Shown piece after piece: positions 23,699 to 36,639 of a DNA stretch of 64,000 bases; position 1 is the stretch's first letter, and every line of letters begins with the position of its first letter. The stretch is from assembly GCA_045837725.1 (NCBI GenBank), contig JBEWZL010000294.1:1-64000 (forward strand). Reading direction: 5' to 3'. The notes under the pieces were generated by a model. That model made no database searches, was not told the DNA's origin, and was given only the letters and a program-made list of their open reading frames with translations. The translations under genes were made by a program, and so were the position numbers. The stretch comes from Vermamoeba vermiformis (lineage: Eukaryota).

Positions 23699-25342
23699 AT
23701 GACTGTTAATAGAGTAGTATTATTACTTACTTTAGCGATTATTGTAGTCGTTAAGTGCGATCCGTTGCCGTTGTTAGGAGAAAAAATCGGCTGGTGGGTA
23801 AGATCAATCACCGATTAATAATTAAATAGCCAAAAATTTAACTATGATTCTTAGGCAACTACTCCGGACTTTAACGAGCTTCCGGTTGATATTTATTCGA
23901 ACGCCCCGACAATTGCTACATCCAAAGACAGGCTGATCTATTTTAATTTTTGGTTCAATGCAACAGGTCCTTTTTATACTGCCCTCGTTATACTACGACG
24001 CAACGAGTCTGGAGTGTATGAAAAGCTGGCTCTGTTCGATAATCAGACGATTTTTGACCAAAACTTTTTCTATCCTGGAATCACGGATGTGGCGACAAAC
24101 GGCGAATGGATCTCAATGGTTTATAATATTGGGCCTACTTTTGGAACGAATTTCATGTTAATCCGCGTTTCTGACGACGGCACAATAAGCGACATGCAAA
24201 AACCGGATCGACAAGGCTTCAACTTTTTCTTCGCAAGATTTCTCTCGGACGGATCTGTCATCGCAATCTCATCGAACGCCAATCAAATATCAGTACCAAG
24301 ATTATTAACCTTCAAATTGGTCAATGACACTTGGACACTTGTTGACGTTTCTTTACTCAGTGCCAGTATTTTGACAGCTGGTGGCTACTGTTGTGACCCA
24401 CAAGTTCCTGATACTCTCCCGATATTTGCACTGACGGACACGCAATTCATCGCCACTGATAACGCATATATCTACATCTACACTCGACTCGTCAACGGAT
24501 CTTGGACTTTGGACACGAAATTTCCAGCTCGAAGTGGCAAAACAACGTCGATTGGTTGGAACGGCGTTGACGCCATTCTGACTGGCATGGCTAAAAATGA
24601 TCAATTCGTGCTCTATCAAAAGACTAGTAATGGTACTTGGGATGGATCCGTCGTTGTGACGAGTGCGGATGTGGGCTACACCGGCACGTCTAGCTTTGGC
24701 ATATCAACACTTGCCGTCAATACCGACACGTTCTTGGTACTGGCCCCGAACGCCCAAGACGCTGCTTCAGATATTGGAGGCAGAATATTAATGCTGCAGC
24801 GATTCGAAGGTCAATGGTACCTCGCTGGACAACTCTTGGTTCAATTTCCTAACGCTTATAACGAGTTCAGTCAGTTCAACCTTGCTGCCAACGACAGACA
24901 CGTCTTATTTCCGAACAATACGGGCGTATACTCGTTGCCCTTATGCATGTTCGAGCCGTTGAAGTACCAATGTCAAAGTCAGATCTCGCTCGACACGTGC
25001 AACTTTGGAGATTTTAACGCAGGATTGGCTTGTAATTCTACTCAAACGGACTGCGGTGCACGTGTCAGTACAATGGTGAATAGACTAAACTTTGAAAACA
25101 ATCAAGTTACCATCGATTTTTCACTGAATCGATTCGGAGCAATGCCGCAGTCACAATCAGTTAGTATTCAGTGCAAAGAGCTGTCTTCAGGGACCCCTGG
25201 CTCCTCACCGTCTTCTGCCCCGAATTTCATTCCAGTCGAAAATACTCCAGGCCGTGGCCAAGTCACGAGCACAGCCCAATACAACTCCAATATGATCACC
25301 TTGTCCTTCGTAGTGATCATCTTGTTCAGCGTTATGTTCTAG
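23699..25342 (+). CDS. Secreted, probably GPI-anchored beta-propeller-like protein
   Basis: A signal-peptide exon (MTVNRVVLLLTLAIIVVVKC) splices in frame to an exon starting at 23855; recurring (N)GxW blade-like units; Cys-rich segment; hydrophobic C-terminus. Confidence 0.7.
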
Positions 25343-26019
25343 TGGAAATAAACCGTTGATCGATCGATCTAACTTCCCGCGTAACTTTAAATAATATGAC
25401 CGCGCAAACTGCATTGAGTCATCTGTACCGTCTCTATGAGATAAATACTACTTAATACTAATAGTGGTAATGTAGGTGTTCAACGTTATTATCGGTAATC
25501 GTCAGACGCAGCTTTGTACAAAAACCGGAAAAATCGAAGATTTTAGAATTCTTGCAAAGACTCGGTACAGCATCATCCCCAGTGGCCACTGATTGTGAGA
25601 TTGACGGAAAGGCTGCAACCCAGTTCAGCGATGTAACCAGCGACGACGTATGCGGAAATTTCAATGGGGTAGCTCAGTGCAGCGTTCAGATAGACTTTTC
25701 CGCTCAGCTCGGTAGAGTTGAAGATAGATTAAATTACGAAAATGCAGCATCCCTATATTTAAAACGGGAATTGCATACTACAAAAATAGCGTACATTATT
25801 CTATTTTTGTATTGTCGTTAACAACGTACTGTAACGATCACAGTTTTTGGCTAGCGTTGTAGCGTACTGCGCGGAAGAGCACGTGCCTGTTGACTAAGTA
25901 AAGCGGTCTTCCAGAAAGATTCCGGAAAGTAGGCAATAAATGGAAATTTTTCAGAAACGGTTGGTTGAAAAACAAATTTTATTTCTTCTTATAAACAAAC
26001 ACCGCTACAACAAACAAAA

Positions 26020-26220
26020 ATGAACGCCCTCACTCCTTATGGCTGGCAATACGTCAGTATGACCAACAGTACTGGCGCGTACTACATCGGTTATGATCCC
26101 AAACTGATGTCCATCGACGTTACCGGCAAAGCCGATGAAGTCGAGTACCACCCTTCTGCTGGTGCTGGTGGCGAGTTGAAGAAACCTGAGGATACGTACT
26201 ACGAAGCTACCGACTATTAG
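26020..26220 (+). CDS. 66-aa hypothetical small protein
   Basis: A-rich start context (caaacaaaaATG) and C-ending codon bias like the highly expressed genes in this window. Confidence 0.55.
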   Translation: MNALTPYGWQYVSMTNSTGAYYIGYDPKLMSIDVTGKADEVEYHPSAGAGGELKKPEDTYYEATDY

Positions 26221-27175
26221 AGGCCCTACCCACTGTAGTGCTGGAAGAAAAGAAGTTTTTTGTAGTTTACGCATCGGATAAACATTGTTTTACTAGTTAA
26301 TGGCGTTTTTATTTTAATATCACAGTGATTGGATTTCTATCATAATAACGATTTTGCTCTAGGAATTGTGGTCCGTGCGAATCATTTACTTCAGATTGCG
26401 TAGAATGAAAGTCAGGCATCCCTTCCGTTACTATTTGCAGCTGTAAGTTGATGTCGCAAATGTTCGATCAATGGAGTCAACTCGATATACTGAGTACCAC
26501 GCATGCGATGTTCTTTCGTATCAACTTCGACTAAGAAAAAAGTAGGACCGTCTTGTCTCGGTCCACACCCAACTGATTGGAAAGCGCGGCAAAATGTTGC
26601 TACTTGACGGGTTCTTTAGCTGACAGAACAATGTGTGCTAACAGCCGCACAGAACGAGTTAGAAGAGATTGATACGGCCATATCAAGTGAACAATATTCA
26701 TACCTATGGTAAATCGTAGTCCGTACGTCTATAGCCGCTTCAACCGAGAACAACGTGGTTCCATTGCCATGATATGAGTTCTTGCCACGTGTTAATTTTC
26801 TAGATATTAACCTTATTGACATTATAAGCCTCGTACTATATAATTGCCTTACGCACGCCAGATTCACTTTGCATCCGCTCGAGCGAGTAGCGGATACTTC
26901 ACTGAGAAGCTTTAATCTCAATCCATTTATTAAGCCTATATTCTATTGAGCAGTAAAGAACTTTGCGCTTCTCTATTCAGTCCATCCATTTTTTTCGGTT
27001 ATTAAATAGTAGTAGTTTTCAGCCGAGAGTGCTACTAATAAATTCTTTGGTAAAGTAAATTTGAGCGAATAGCTTTCCTCCGTTGTTTCAAAATTGCTAG
27101 ATGGAGAGCACTGAGATTGGAGCTCGTGTCTTCAATTTATGACATTTGACAATTAAAGTCATACACAACAACACA

Positions 27176-29205
27176 ATGCAATGGTTTATTTATGATTGCT
27201 GGTTAAATAAATTGCTAGTATGTACGCTTATATGTTTGTGCTTGCTATTCTCCAGATCCAACGCTGCATTAATTATCCGCGGAGAAAGTAGAATTGCTGG
27301 CACGTATGAAACGGCTCAGATATTCTTTGATGGTATATAACTGCGATTAATATGTTAACCATTAGCTAACGCAAAGTATTTTAGGCCTAAATGAGGATAT
27401 GGGAATCATAGACGGAGAGACAATTTTTTTTGGATCTGATGCAACAGATGTGCGCAATAAAATAGCAATATCAATGCTCAGAATACCTCCAGAGGATTTT
27501 GTCCGAGACATTCAAGCACGAGGAGCCAAAGCCTTAATTATGACGGGCAATCCAGGTAAAAAACGTTACAAAAGTTTGAAGGTTAAGAGACAGCTAATTT
27601 TCTCGCTATTATGGTAATTAATTACGTAATTTAGTACGTTTCGATTTCATTGAACCATCACGGTTCAATTTATCCGTATACTTATTGTTCCGGAAACAAA
27701 ACACCTTCATGTTTATGATTATCTCCTTCTTAAACTAGCTAATCTTTGAAAAATCGATCCTGACGTGCAGTTTACTTATGTATAGATCGTAAATTTTACA
27801 TTAATCAATTGAGCGTTGCTTTGAGCGGGAAATCTCGGTTACATCTACTAACCTATTCTTAGGCACACCTGGATACATTATGCTTAGTACTGATAACGGC
27901 AATACTTCGGATATCACTATGCCAATGGCTGAATTATCGAAGGAAGATTGGGATTTAATTGGAGATCAGATTCGACAACAAAGTTTCAACGTCACATTAA
28001 CAGGCGAAGGTAATGATTCTGTTTTTTAAAAATTATTCGATTTATTGCCGTATATTAATAATAACATTGCAATTTATCGTTCATAACGAACTTTCGAGAC
28101 ACACAAAATTTCTTTAAACTCGGAATTTGCCTAATAAGGAAAACTGGAAGTAATGCATTTATAGAGGGCAATAAATGGCTCAATATATCTCGAAGTCCAA
28201 CAATTATAGCTTTTCAAGCTGTCAGCGCTGCATTTACCCTCGTTTGCATTGCTTTGGCCATTGAAAAATTGGTGGCTTTTAATCGCAACGAGAAACCAAA
28301 CAGAGCTATTGTAGTGAACATCTGTCTTAGTCTCGAGATAGTAGGCTGTGCGCGTAAGTTCGTCTATCATTAACAAGCTCACCGGATAAATTGGATCTGT
28401 TGTGACACGTGTCAAACTAAACTTGTTTTTTTAGTCCGGTTAGTTGCTATAGCGGATCCACAAGGCATCAATAGAGTGTTCCCGAGAGTAGCTAATACTA
28501 TGCTATTGTTACTTCACTTTCCTTTCGCGCTCATCCCTGCAATTCTGTTGACGTTCTTCTGGTACGAAAAAAAAACGCTGGAATACTTTGACACGACATT
28601 TTTTGACACTTTTGACAGGTTAGAAGCGTTGAGCAATCAAAAAGTATTAGTTACAAAGCCTATTGAAAAGATGAAAGTGCCGTTGATAGTTTTGTGTGTT
28701 TTTTTGATCGTGTTAGAGCTGCTCACTGCGGGACTTAGATCATCCGACCTAGGCATCCAATATGAAATGAATATGACTATATTGGTAGTATACGCCGCCG
28801 TCTCACTAGGCCTATTGATATTTTACACAACTGTTGCGATCAAAGTGTTGATCCGGATCCACAAGTCCGAGGCTCGAAAACTCCGACTAAGAACCGTACG
28901 TATTCATAACTCCGTTAGAAATTTATTATAATGCCTATATTAATTGTTTTTATCTGCAGATTATGACAAGAATGTTGGCTACAGCAGTAGCGTTACTACT
29001 CTTCATAATTGTTATGGTCGCGTCGTACAATCTCATTCTGGCCCCACTCACGTTCGCCATATACATCTTTTTGTTCTTCATGTTCGTCGATTTGATAGTA
29101 TTGTGCACTATATTGACGTTCATGCCGAGAAGTAGCAACGATTCAACGACTGGTCCGGCAAGTACCGGATCGAGCGGTACTACAATGGCTCAAGTCAAGA
29201 TTTGA
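27176..29205 (+). CDS. PA-domain multi-pass membrane protein (receptor-like)
   Basis: Signal peptide; IQARGAKALIM and ITMPMAELS (PA domain); about 6-7 hydrophobic helices; Ser/Thr tail. Confidence 0.7.
28403..28414. promoter_or_regulatory. Intronic palindrome TGACACGTGTCA (copy 1 of 6)
   Basis: Perfect palindrome inside intron 28354-28434; function unknown. Confidence 0.6.
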
Positions 29206-29349
29206 TGTATCAGCTTCTCATTGTATAGTATTTATTTAAAATCATTTAGCAATAGCGAGCAAGCAATTCCAAATAAAAAATACCCGTGTACTACATCCGG
29301 TACGCTCAAAAATTAAATCCTAGAAAATGTATGGCGGTAAGGTAGATAT

Positions 29350-31798
29350 TTATTTACTACCGTTTAAGAAAGGATATGTGGCGAACATTCTTTGAATAGT
29401 CGCTAATCGCTGTTGAACGTCGTACGTTTCGGTCTCCAACTCGATCAGATCTTCTTTCAATTGTTGTTTGTAGACCTTCGTCTTAAGCTTATTCGCGTTC
29501 ATATTCAAGGTGTATATGAGAATAATAAGACGTCCAAAGTCGTCAAACTCCAATGGCAATGTGTACGATTTGTGATCTAGCGACAAAGTTGCTTTTCGTT
29601 GGTTGTTATTTCGGTTCAATAATATTGAAACTTCTCTTAATGTGGCTCTAATATTCTTATAGACGTCTCTATTAGAATCAGGTCTATTGAATAAGAGTCG
29701 ATTTACTCCCCAAGCGAAGAGCACTGCAGGAATAGTTGCCAAGAATTGAAAATTGACTTCATTCGCTTTGAGCAACTTGTCAATAGCCTTCATGGCCTTT
29801 TCAACATCGGCTATAGTATAATTATGTTATTATTTTCGTTTTAAGTATTTCGTAGAAAAGGAGCCGGTACCTTTCTGTTTTTGAACTTGGATCAGAAGCA
29901 GTCGCGAAAATTCTCCGAAGACAGCGTTCTTCAATGGACTAGCGATCTCCTTTTCATAATCGACCATAATACTGATGAATTAATTAAGCATTAGTCGTCG
30001 CGTACTGGAATTTCCAAAAAAGGAAAATTTTACCTAGTGATGTCTCCGTTTCGCGCTGCTTCTTCAATACGCATTAACTCGACTTGACCGAGGTTTGGAT
30101 TATGTTCTTTAACGTAATCAACGACCATATGACCTATCGAAGTAAATTAATTTTCGACCATAAATTTTATTAATTTTATTACCCAATGAGCGCACGCTAC
30201 TTTCAACACTTTCATCGCTAATAAGTCCCAGCTATATAAATAGTCATTAATAAGTTCGATATCGGCTATTATCTTTTTTCTTACCGTGGTATTGTCGTAG
30301 CGAATTACGTTCCAAATATTCCTCATTGGCGTTACAATATGCTCCGTAAATAAGCGCCATAGCGCCTCTCGTGCATCAGTCACCAACTAAATAATGTTAA
30401 TTACATGAGACTATCAAAAATACTCGAAACGTAAAATAGATCTGATGTTTTTTTGCTATGCAATCGTTGTACTCACAGTAGTAATACTGCTCCAGTTACC
30501 ATATCCATATCTAGCTACGAAAAATGCAGCTGTAATACCACCAGCGAAATAGATCCAATTTCTTGAAGTCTTAGGTGGAACACCTAGAAAAATGAGATCA
30601 GATCCGGTCTGATAGGAAATCAATTCGCCCATCAAAAGCTTACCTAATCTTTTTAGATATATATATGACTCATCGACGAAACTTCGAGTGGCAGCCAAGT
30701 TGTCTTTGACCATTGTAAACAATCCTTCGACTTTGATGACATCATCAGGAATTTCATCGAAATTTTCTTCAGGCATAATCGATTCGCGCAGTTCAGTCGT
30801 TTGTTCTTTGCGTTTCAACGGCGTTTTAACGATTTTTTCGAATTCTTCGAAGAACCGCATACTGTGTTTGAGCAGGTGATGAAGGTAGGCTTGTAGCGTC
30901 ATGTAATTTTTGCAGTTCATGAATGACAGCAAGTAATAAGTGCCTCCTAACATTTGCGCGCTAATCTAAAAATAAAAAAAAGTCAAAATAAAGTCAAAAC
31001 TGCGTCACGAAAACGGATCCCGAAAAAAATCAATGTTATGTCAACCATAATAATACTAATATAACAACTAATAAATAGATAAATAATATTTATACTTACA
31101 GTTTCAATCTCCTTCAATCTCGCCAATCTGTATTCAAGTTCTCGGCGTGGATGCACTCGTTTGTGCAAGTAAGCGTATTGATACCAGTAAATTGGCGTCT
31201 TCTCAATTAAATACCAATATCTATATGCATATCTTCTATATTCCCAAAATCGAATGCTTTCCTCGACTATGAAATAAAAGAAAAAGTTTTCATTAATCAG
31301 ATCTACGTGTCAAATGCGGTGAATTCACTTACTTTTGCTTGATTGAATAATTATCTGGTTCATAATAAGCTCATTTTGTAATATAACTATGTGAGCGAGT
31401 AAGTACAGTTTGGCAAGCTGGATGTCCTTGTCATCTGCTGTCTGTGTCTAAGAATGCATGAATATTAATAATAATATTTTTATTAAATTAAACATAATAT
31501 AATAATATGCTATATAAACCTAATAAGATAAAATGAGGACTTTGCAATTTTAAAAAATCATTTGTCGATCAGATTGCAAAACAAAACTTACTTGCATCAC
31601 GGCTGATAATTTATTCACTGTGTTCTCTAAAAATTCTAGCGATATTTTATCCGAATTCCTAGTAACAGGCTCGATACATTCCACGAGCAACTTGGCTGGT
31701 GGATCTTCTCTGGCAGTAAATTTATCCCACCACCTATGCGGCAGGATCTCATCTACTTTGTTGATCGCTCCATATATTTTAGAGCGTAGTGTATACAT
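29350..31798 (-). CDS. NCA2: NCA2/DGS1 family mitochondrial outer-membrane protein
   Basis: [39 protein letters not shown]. Confidence 0.85.
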
Positions 31799-32024
31799 CT
31801 TGACTCTTTAATTATGAAATGAAAATTGTTGCGTTGTCGAAACTTGGCGACGATGTAGAATCGCCAGAAATTTCCTTTGGAAGCCAAATAAGACTAAACC
31901 TGATAAGTAAAATAGTTTGGCTTCATACATTATGAATTGTTGAGGATACTAAGCAAAAGTAGGTTCGCGCATAAAAGAACGGATGCTCCCAGGCAAACAT
32001 TTTAATTAAACCTTAAATCGGTTC

Positions 32025-34573
32025 TTATTTGCTCAAGACAGGATCAAACATGTTACGAATAACAGAGTGGTAGAACGAGCGGTTGTCTTTGTACACACGA
32101 ACTGCTTGTTGGTGATCCACTTCGTGCAAAGCCTACATCCACGTCATCCATTAGTTCCAACCCACGAATAAAATAACACATGTTTTGTGGTACTTACGCG
32201 GTACATAGGGCGCACGTAGAGACCTCTGCCGTGCTTAGACAAGAAGTTAGCGACGACAGGGAAGATCGACTTGTCGTTGGACTTGAGGCACAACATGATC
32301 CAACGGAACAAAATCTCCACGTTGTTTGAGGCCGAGAGACCGTACAAGTTGTCGAGCTTGCGCAACAGATCGTGTTGCATGGGCATAGCTACATCACTAT
32401 GTTAATACTGACTTAGTATAAGCCGTGCAAAGACGTACCAGTAGCGAGCAAAGTGTCCAAGAAGTACATGGTTTGCTTGGCCTGGAACTTCTTCAAATCA
32501 TCGGCAGTAGTGCCGTTGCCGCCTTCTTCACGCCACTTCTTAGCGAGAGCGAGGCAGTTCTCAGCCAATGACTTGTCAAATACTTCACGAGGCTAGAGCA
32601 CGCGTTAGAGGCGTGTGAGGTACGTCAAATTAAGTTACTTACGTCAAAGCTAGGGAGACCAGGAGCAGTGAGCCAATGATCCCAATCAATCTTCTTCAAG
32701 ACATCCGGGCTAACCTTGTGTTCCTCGCTGCTGAAGTAGTTCAAGAAATGTTCCTTCATTTGCTCAGTGGTAACACTGCCGCGCTTGAAGGTGTTGAAGT
32801 ACTTGTTCAACCACTTTTGCATGACTTGCTTGCCACCTGCAACCGGTGTCAGATCCAAATTTGACACGTGTCAAACTGCGACTTACCGACTAAAGTCTCC
32901 AAGTAGAACAAGAACAAGCTGCCCTTCTCGTAAGGAATCTTAGAGAAGACCTCATCAGGGTCAATGCCGTTCATGTTGGGCTGCAACTTGGTCCATTCGC
33001 TGTCAGCACCAAAGTCAGCAACAGTCTTCATCAAGTCGTTGTAACCAATCATGGCCTCAAAGTGTCTGTAAGGTTCGGAGTTGTGAAGTTCACCAAGGAT
33101 CATACGTTCAATGTACACGGTGAAACCTGAACAAGACGTTAATCAAACTGTAACTGCACAAGATCTATTTGGATCGCGGACCTTCGTTCAACCAGAAATC
33201 TTTCCACGAGGCATTAGTGACGAGATTTCCAGACCAACTGTGAGCAATTTCATGCGCAACGACGTTGGTCAATGAACGGTCACCAGCCAACAAAGAGCGA
33301 CTCAAGAAAGTCAACTGCGCAAGGTGGTCAGTTTCGACGAATGATATATCGTGTAATGCGTACCTGAGGGTTCTCCATGCCTCCGTAAGGGAAGGCACCG
33401 GGCAGTACGACAAGATCATAAGCACCCCACTCGTAAGGAATGCCAGTGATCTTTTCACCAGCCTTGATGAACTTCTCAGTGTCCTCAGAGAACTCGTGAA
33501 CACAAGCGTCCAAAAGCTCTTTCTCGGTCCAAACTGTTGAACGAGGACCCACAGGGGCCTTCTTTAAAGCTGTCATATTATTAGAACTAAAACTAACGAA
33601 TTTTTGTTTTTTTGAGCGGATTTGGCTTCAGAATTCTATTTGCTTTAGTTTGCTTACCTCCTGCTACGATGGCGATAAGATAGGCAGGAATGGGCATAGC
33701 TTGTTTGTACTCCCAAGACAACCAGCCATCCTCTTCGAAGATCGGACCTTCGCGTACTGGAGTTCCAGAGCACGCGACTACGAGAGGGCTAGGGACTGAG
33801 ACCTTAATAGTATAAGGCGACTTGACTATATAAGAACGGTTAATATTATATCATTATTTGGTTGTAGAGAGAAATTTCGAAGGTAGAAAGGTGAGATCGC
33901 GTGATTTTACCTGAAGGCGTGTCTTGGCAAGGCAACAAGGTACGGGCGAGAATAGCCTCGCATTGAGTATATACGTACGGGTGCTTCTTGCCATCGGTTT
34001 GTTGAGGCTCGAACCATTGAATACCACCAGATTCAGGAGTGGTCGAGTAGCGAATCTGTATCTTGACTGTATTGCCTTTAGTTCTCTTGTCTGCAGGCAA
34101 AGGTACTCGCACGCAAAAACCAAGGTGTTCGTGGTTCTTGGGGATAGTCCACAACAACGAGTTGCCGCTGTCCAGATCAATGACTCTGCAGAGAAAAAAT
34201 TTCAATTAATTTTATAAGACCCACAATAATTACTATAATTATGAAATCGTCATTGATATAATAATTCAATATTATTTCAGCAATTGGGGATTTTGATATT
34301 ATTTTTCAAAGGTAGAATTGGAAAAATCTTTCAGATCGAAGCCTTAATCCTGATATAATTAATGAACGATAATTACTTTTCGATAGCCAATGACTTTGCG
34401 TCGAGAAGCATTTCTGAAGCATCTTCGAGAAGATCAGCTTCCAAGTTCACGTGGCCATGGAAGATCTTTCGATGGAAGTCCACACGAACATCAATGTGAA
34501 TGTGCTTCACACGCACTTGCTTGTTGTTCGAGTAAGAGTGAGGATCGACGCCGAGAGGTGTTTGATCAGCCAT
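32025..34573 (-). CDS. LTA4H: Leukotriene A4 hydrolase-like M1 aminopeptidase
   Basis: [36 protein letters not shown]...WLNEG, PYEKG. Confidence 0.95.
32860..32875. promoter_or_regulatory. Intronic palindrome TTTGACACGTGTCAAA
   Basis: 16-bp palindrome in an LTA4H intron. Confidence 0.6.
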
Positions 34574-34915
34574 TGTGCTTTGCTGGAAAAAATGATGCAA
34601 AATCTCTACGTAAATTTATTTCAATTTTAATCGCCGGTGTGCTTTTGCGGATTAAGTCAGATCCAACAAGGCCAGGCTTAATGATAAGTTAGCACATCAG
34701 ATCCGTACACGGCTCCAAACAAGGCTTCGTATGCATCCTGTAGCCCATGGCAAGGCTGGCAGCCGTTAATTCTATATTTGGAATCAAGTACTAATTCACA
34801 ATCTTGAATATTAATATAAAATGGAAAAATTCCTGTCGTTAACGAAACTTCAGCGCTGAAGGATTGGATCCAAAAAAGTTTACATCGTAAAGGATGATTA
34901 CCCTAACATATGAGC

Positions 34916-36520
34916 TTATTTTCCCTCTTGCTGACGATACTTTTCTTTAAGTATTTGTCGTTGCACAATTTCTTTAATCTTATTGGTTACTTTGTGCTCC
35001 CTGCGATACTCGTTGTTCGAATCCGGTTCCATTACGTGCAACTGTATTGTGCCATAGACTGCCTCGTTGCTTAACTTTGCTGTATACATATCCTCCATAA
35101 AGTCCATAATATCCATTACCGAGCCTTGAATCACTACACGATTGAAAGAGTTACATCTACCGAAAAAGCCGGATTCAGAAATTGTCTTACCTTTAGTTGC
35201 TTCAGGGAAATACTTTTGGAATGAGATATTCTTTCGATCTATCTTCTCTCTTAGATCTCCACCTCCTGTACAAACGACGATTATAGTTCTTGTTAGGCCG
35301 GATGTACTTTGTCCGCGTGGGACTCGAGCAATTTCAGCTAAAAAGTCTACAGTTCGTCTCAAGTAATTTGTGCTCTGATCCTCGCCTTGTTGCTCGTCAA
35401 ATTTTCCAAAATTGACCTGTTTCAAAGGCGGTCTCGTTAGTCAGTTCCGGTCTATCTTATTAGATCGACATCCAAAAAAACTTACGGTTACAATAAAGAA
35501 GGAATAATCGGTCGTATCTGTATTGACACTCCAATATCTTGTATCTTTTCGTACATCATATCTTTGTAATATTACGAGTTAGCTTAGCAGCGGGTAAGAC
35601 CTGAAAAGATCCGAAGCAAATCTTACCTAACAGTCCTCTCAATATGCTCGTAAACAAATCCAAAGCGTAAAGGCTTCAATGAATATCTAAAGTATTCGGT
35701 AAGCGATCCAAATGAAGTCAGATCTGTTTGCTTGCTGAAAGTTTGCCAATTTTTCGGATTACTAAGCACTAAAATACGGGCGGTTAGCTAATTGGCATAG
35801 AAATTCGTTGTTTGAATATTATAGCATTAACAAATGGTCTATTAAAGTTGTTACTGCTTAATTAACTAAGTTTTTGTTTGGTGGATGTACAATTTGGAAT
35901 TCCAGGTGGCAATTATTACAGTGTTCTATTATTAACGTACCTTCATATGTCCTTTTGTTCACTAAATTAAGATAAAACAAATCGATCGGCTCAAGAACGC
36001 TGAAAATCTTCAAAGATATTTCTGGTGGCAAGATCTCCGTAAAATTAACACCAACGCCTATAATACCGTCAAAAAATCATCATTATTAAAGCAATAAATA
36101 ACATTCTTTGGCCTACCTTCGATTTTTGGAGTCACACGCTTGTAATCCGGAAGTATTCTAATTCGATAGTAAATTTCCTCCGAGAATTGATCACGATATA
36201 AGGCATCATGCAGCTCTAGGTAAAATTTATCGCAAAAGAATTGCAATAATGAATCCGTATCGCCTAATTGAATTATTGGCCATTAATTAGATATTTAATT
36301 TTTTTTTCCGGATGTGGTACCTGTAATAGCGGCGTAATATTCTGTTTTAATTTTTGGCGCATTAACCTCATTCTTTTCTTTAGTATCTCCTTCCTTTTTC
36401 TTTTCTAAACGGATGTGTCAACGAGCAGTTCGGTTTGTGCGATTACTCACTCTTGAATAGCTTCGAGAATAAATTCTTCTTATTTGATTTATCTTTTTTT
36501 TCGTCTTTATCTTTCTCCAT
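34916..36520 (-). CDS. Hypothetical multi-exon protein
   Basis: Chain of GT-AG exons from a Lys-rich start (MEKDKDEKK) to ORF 34916-35425; no family recognised. Confidence 0.55.
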
Positions 36521-36639
36521 TAGTGTTTCTCTTCTGGCTGCCAAAAAAGATTAAGATCTATCTTTAGCATCCGTAAGAAAATTGTTTGGAGGTTTCCACC
36601 GGCAACAATTTTAATGAAACACAATAGCGCAACACAATC

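Noticed and set aside
26400-26921. Minus-strand ORF fragments
   Set aside because: Could not assemble a consistent spliced frame or recognise a domain.
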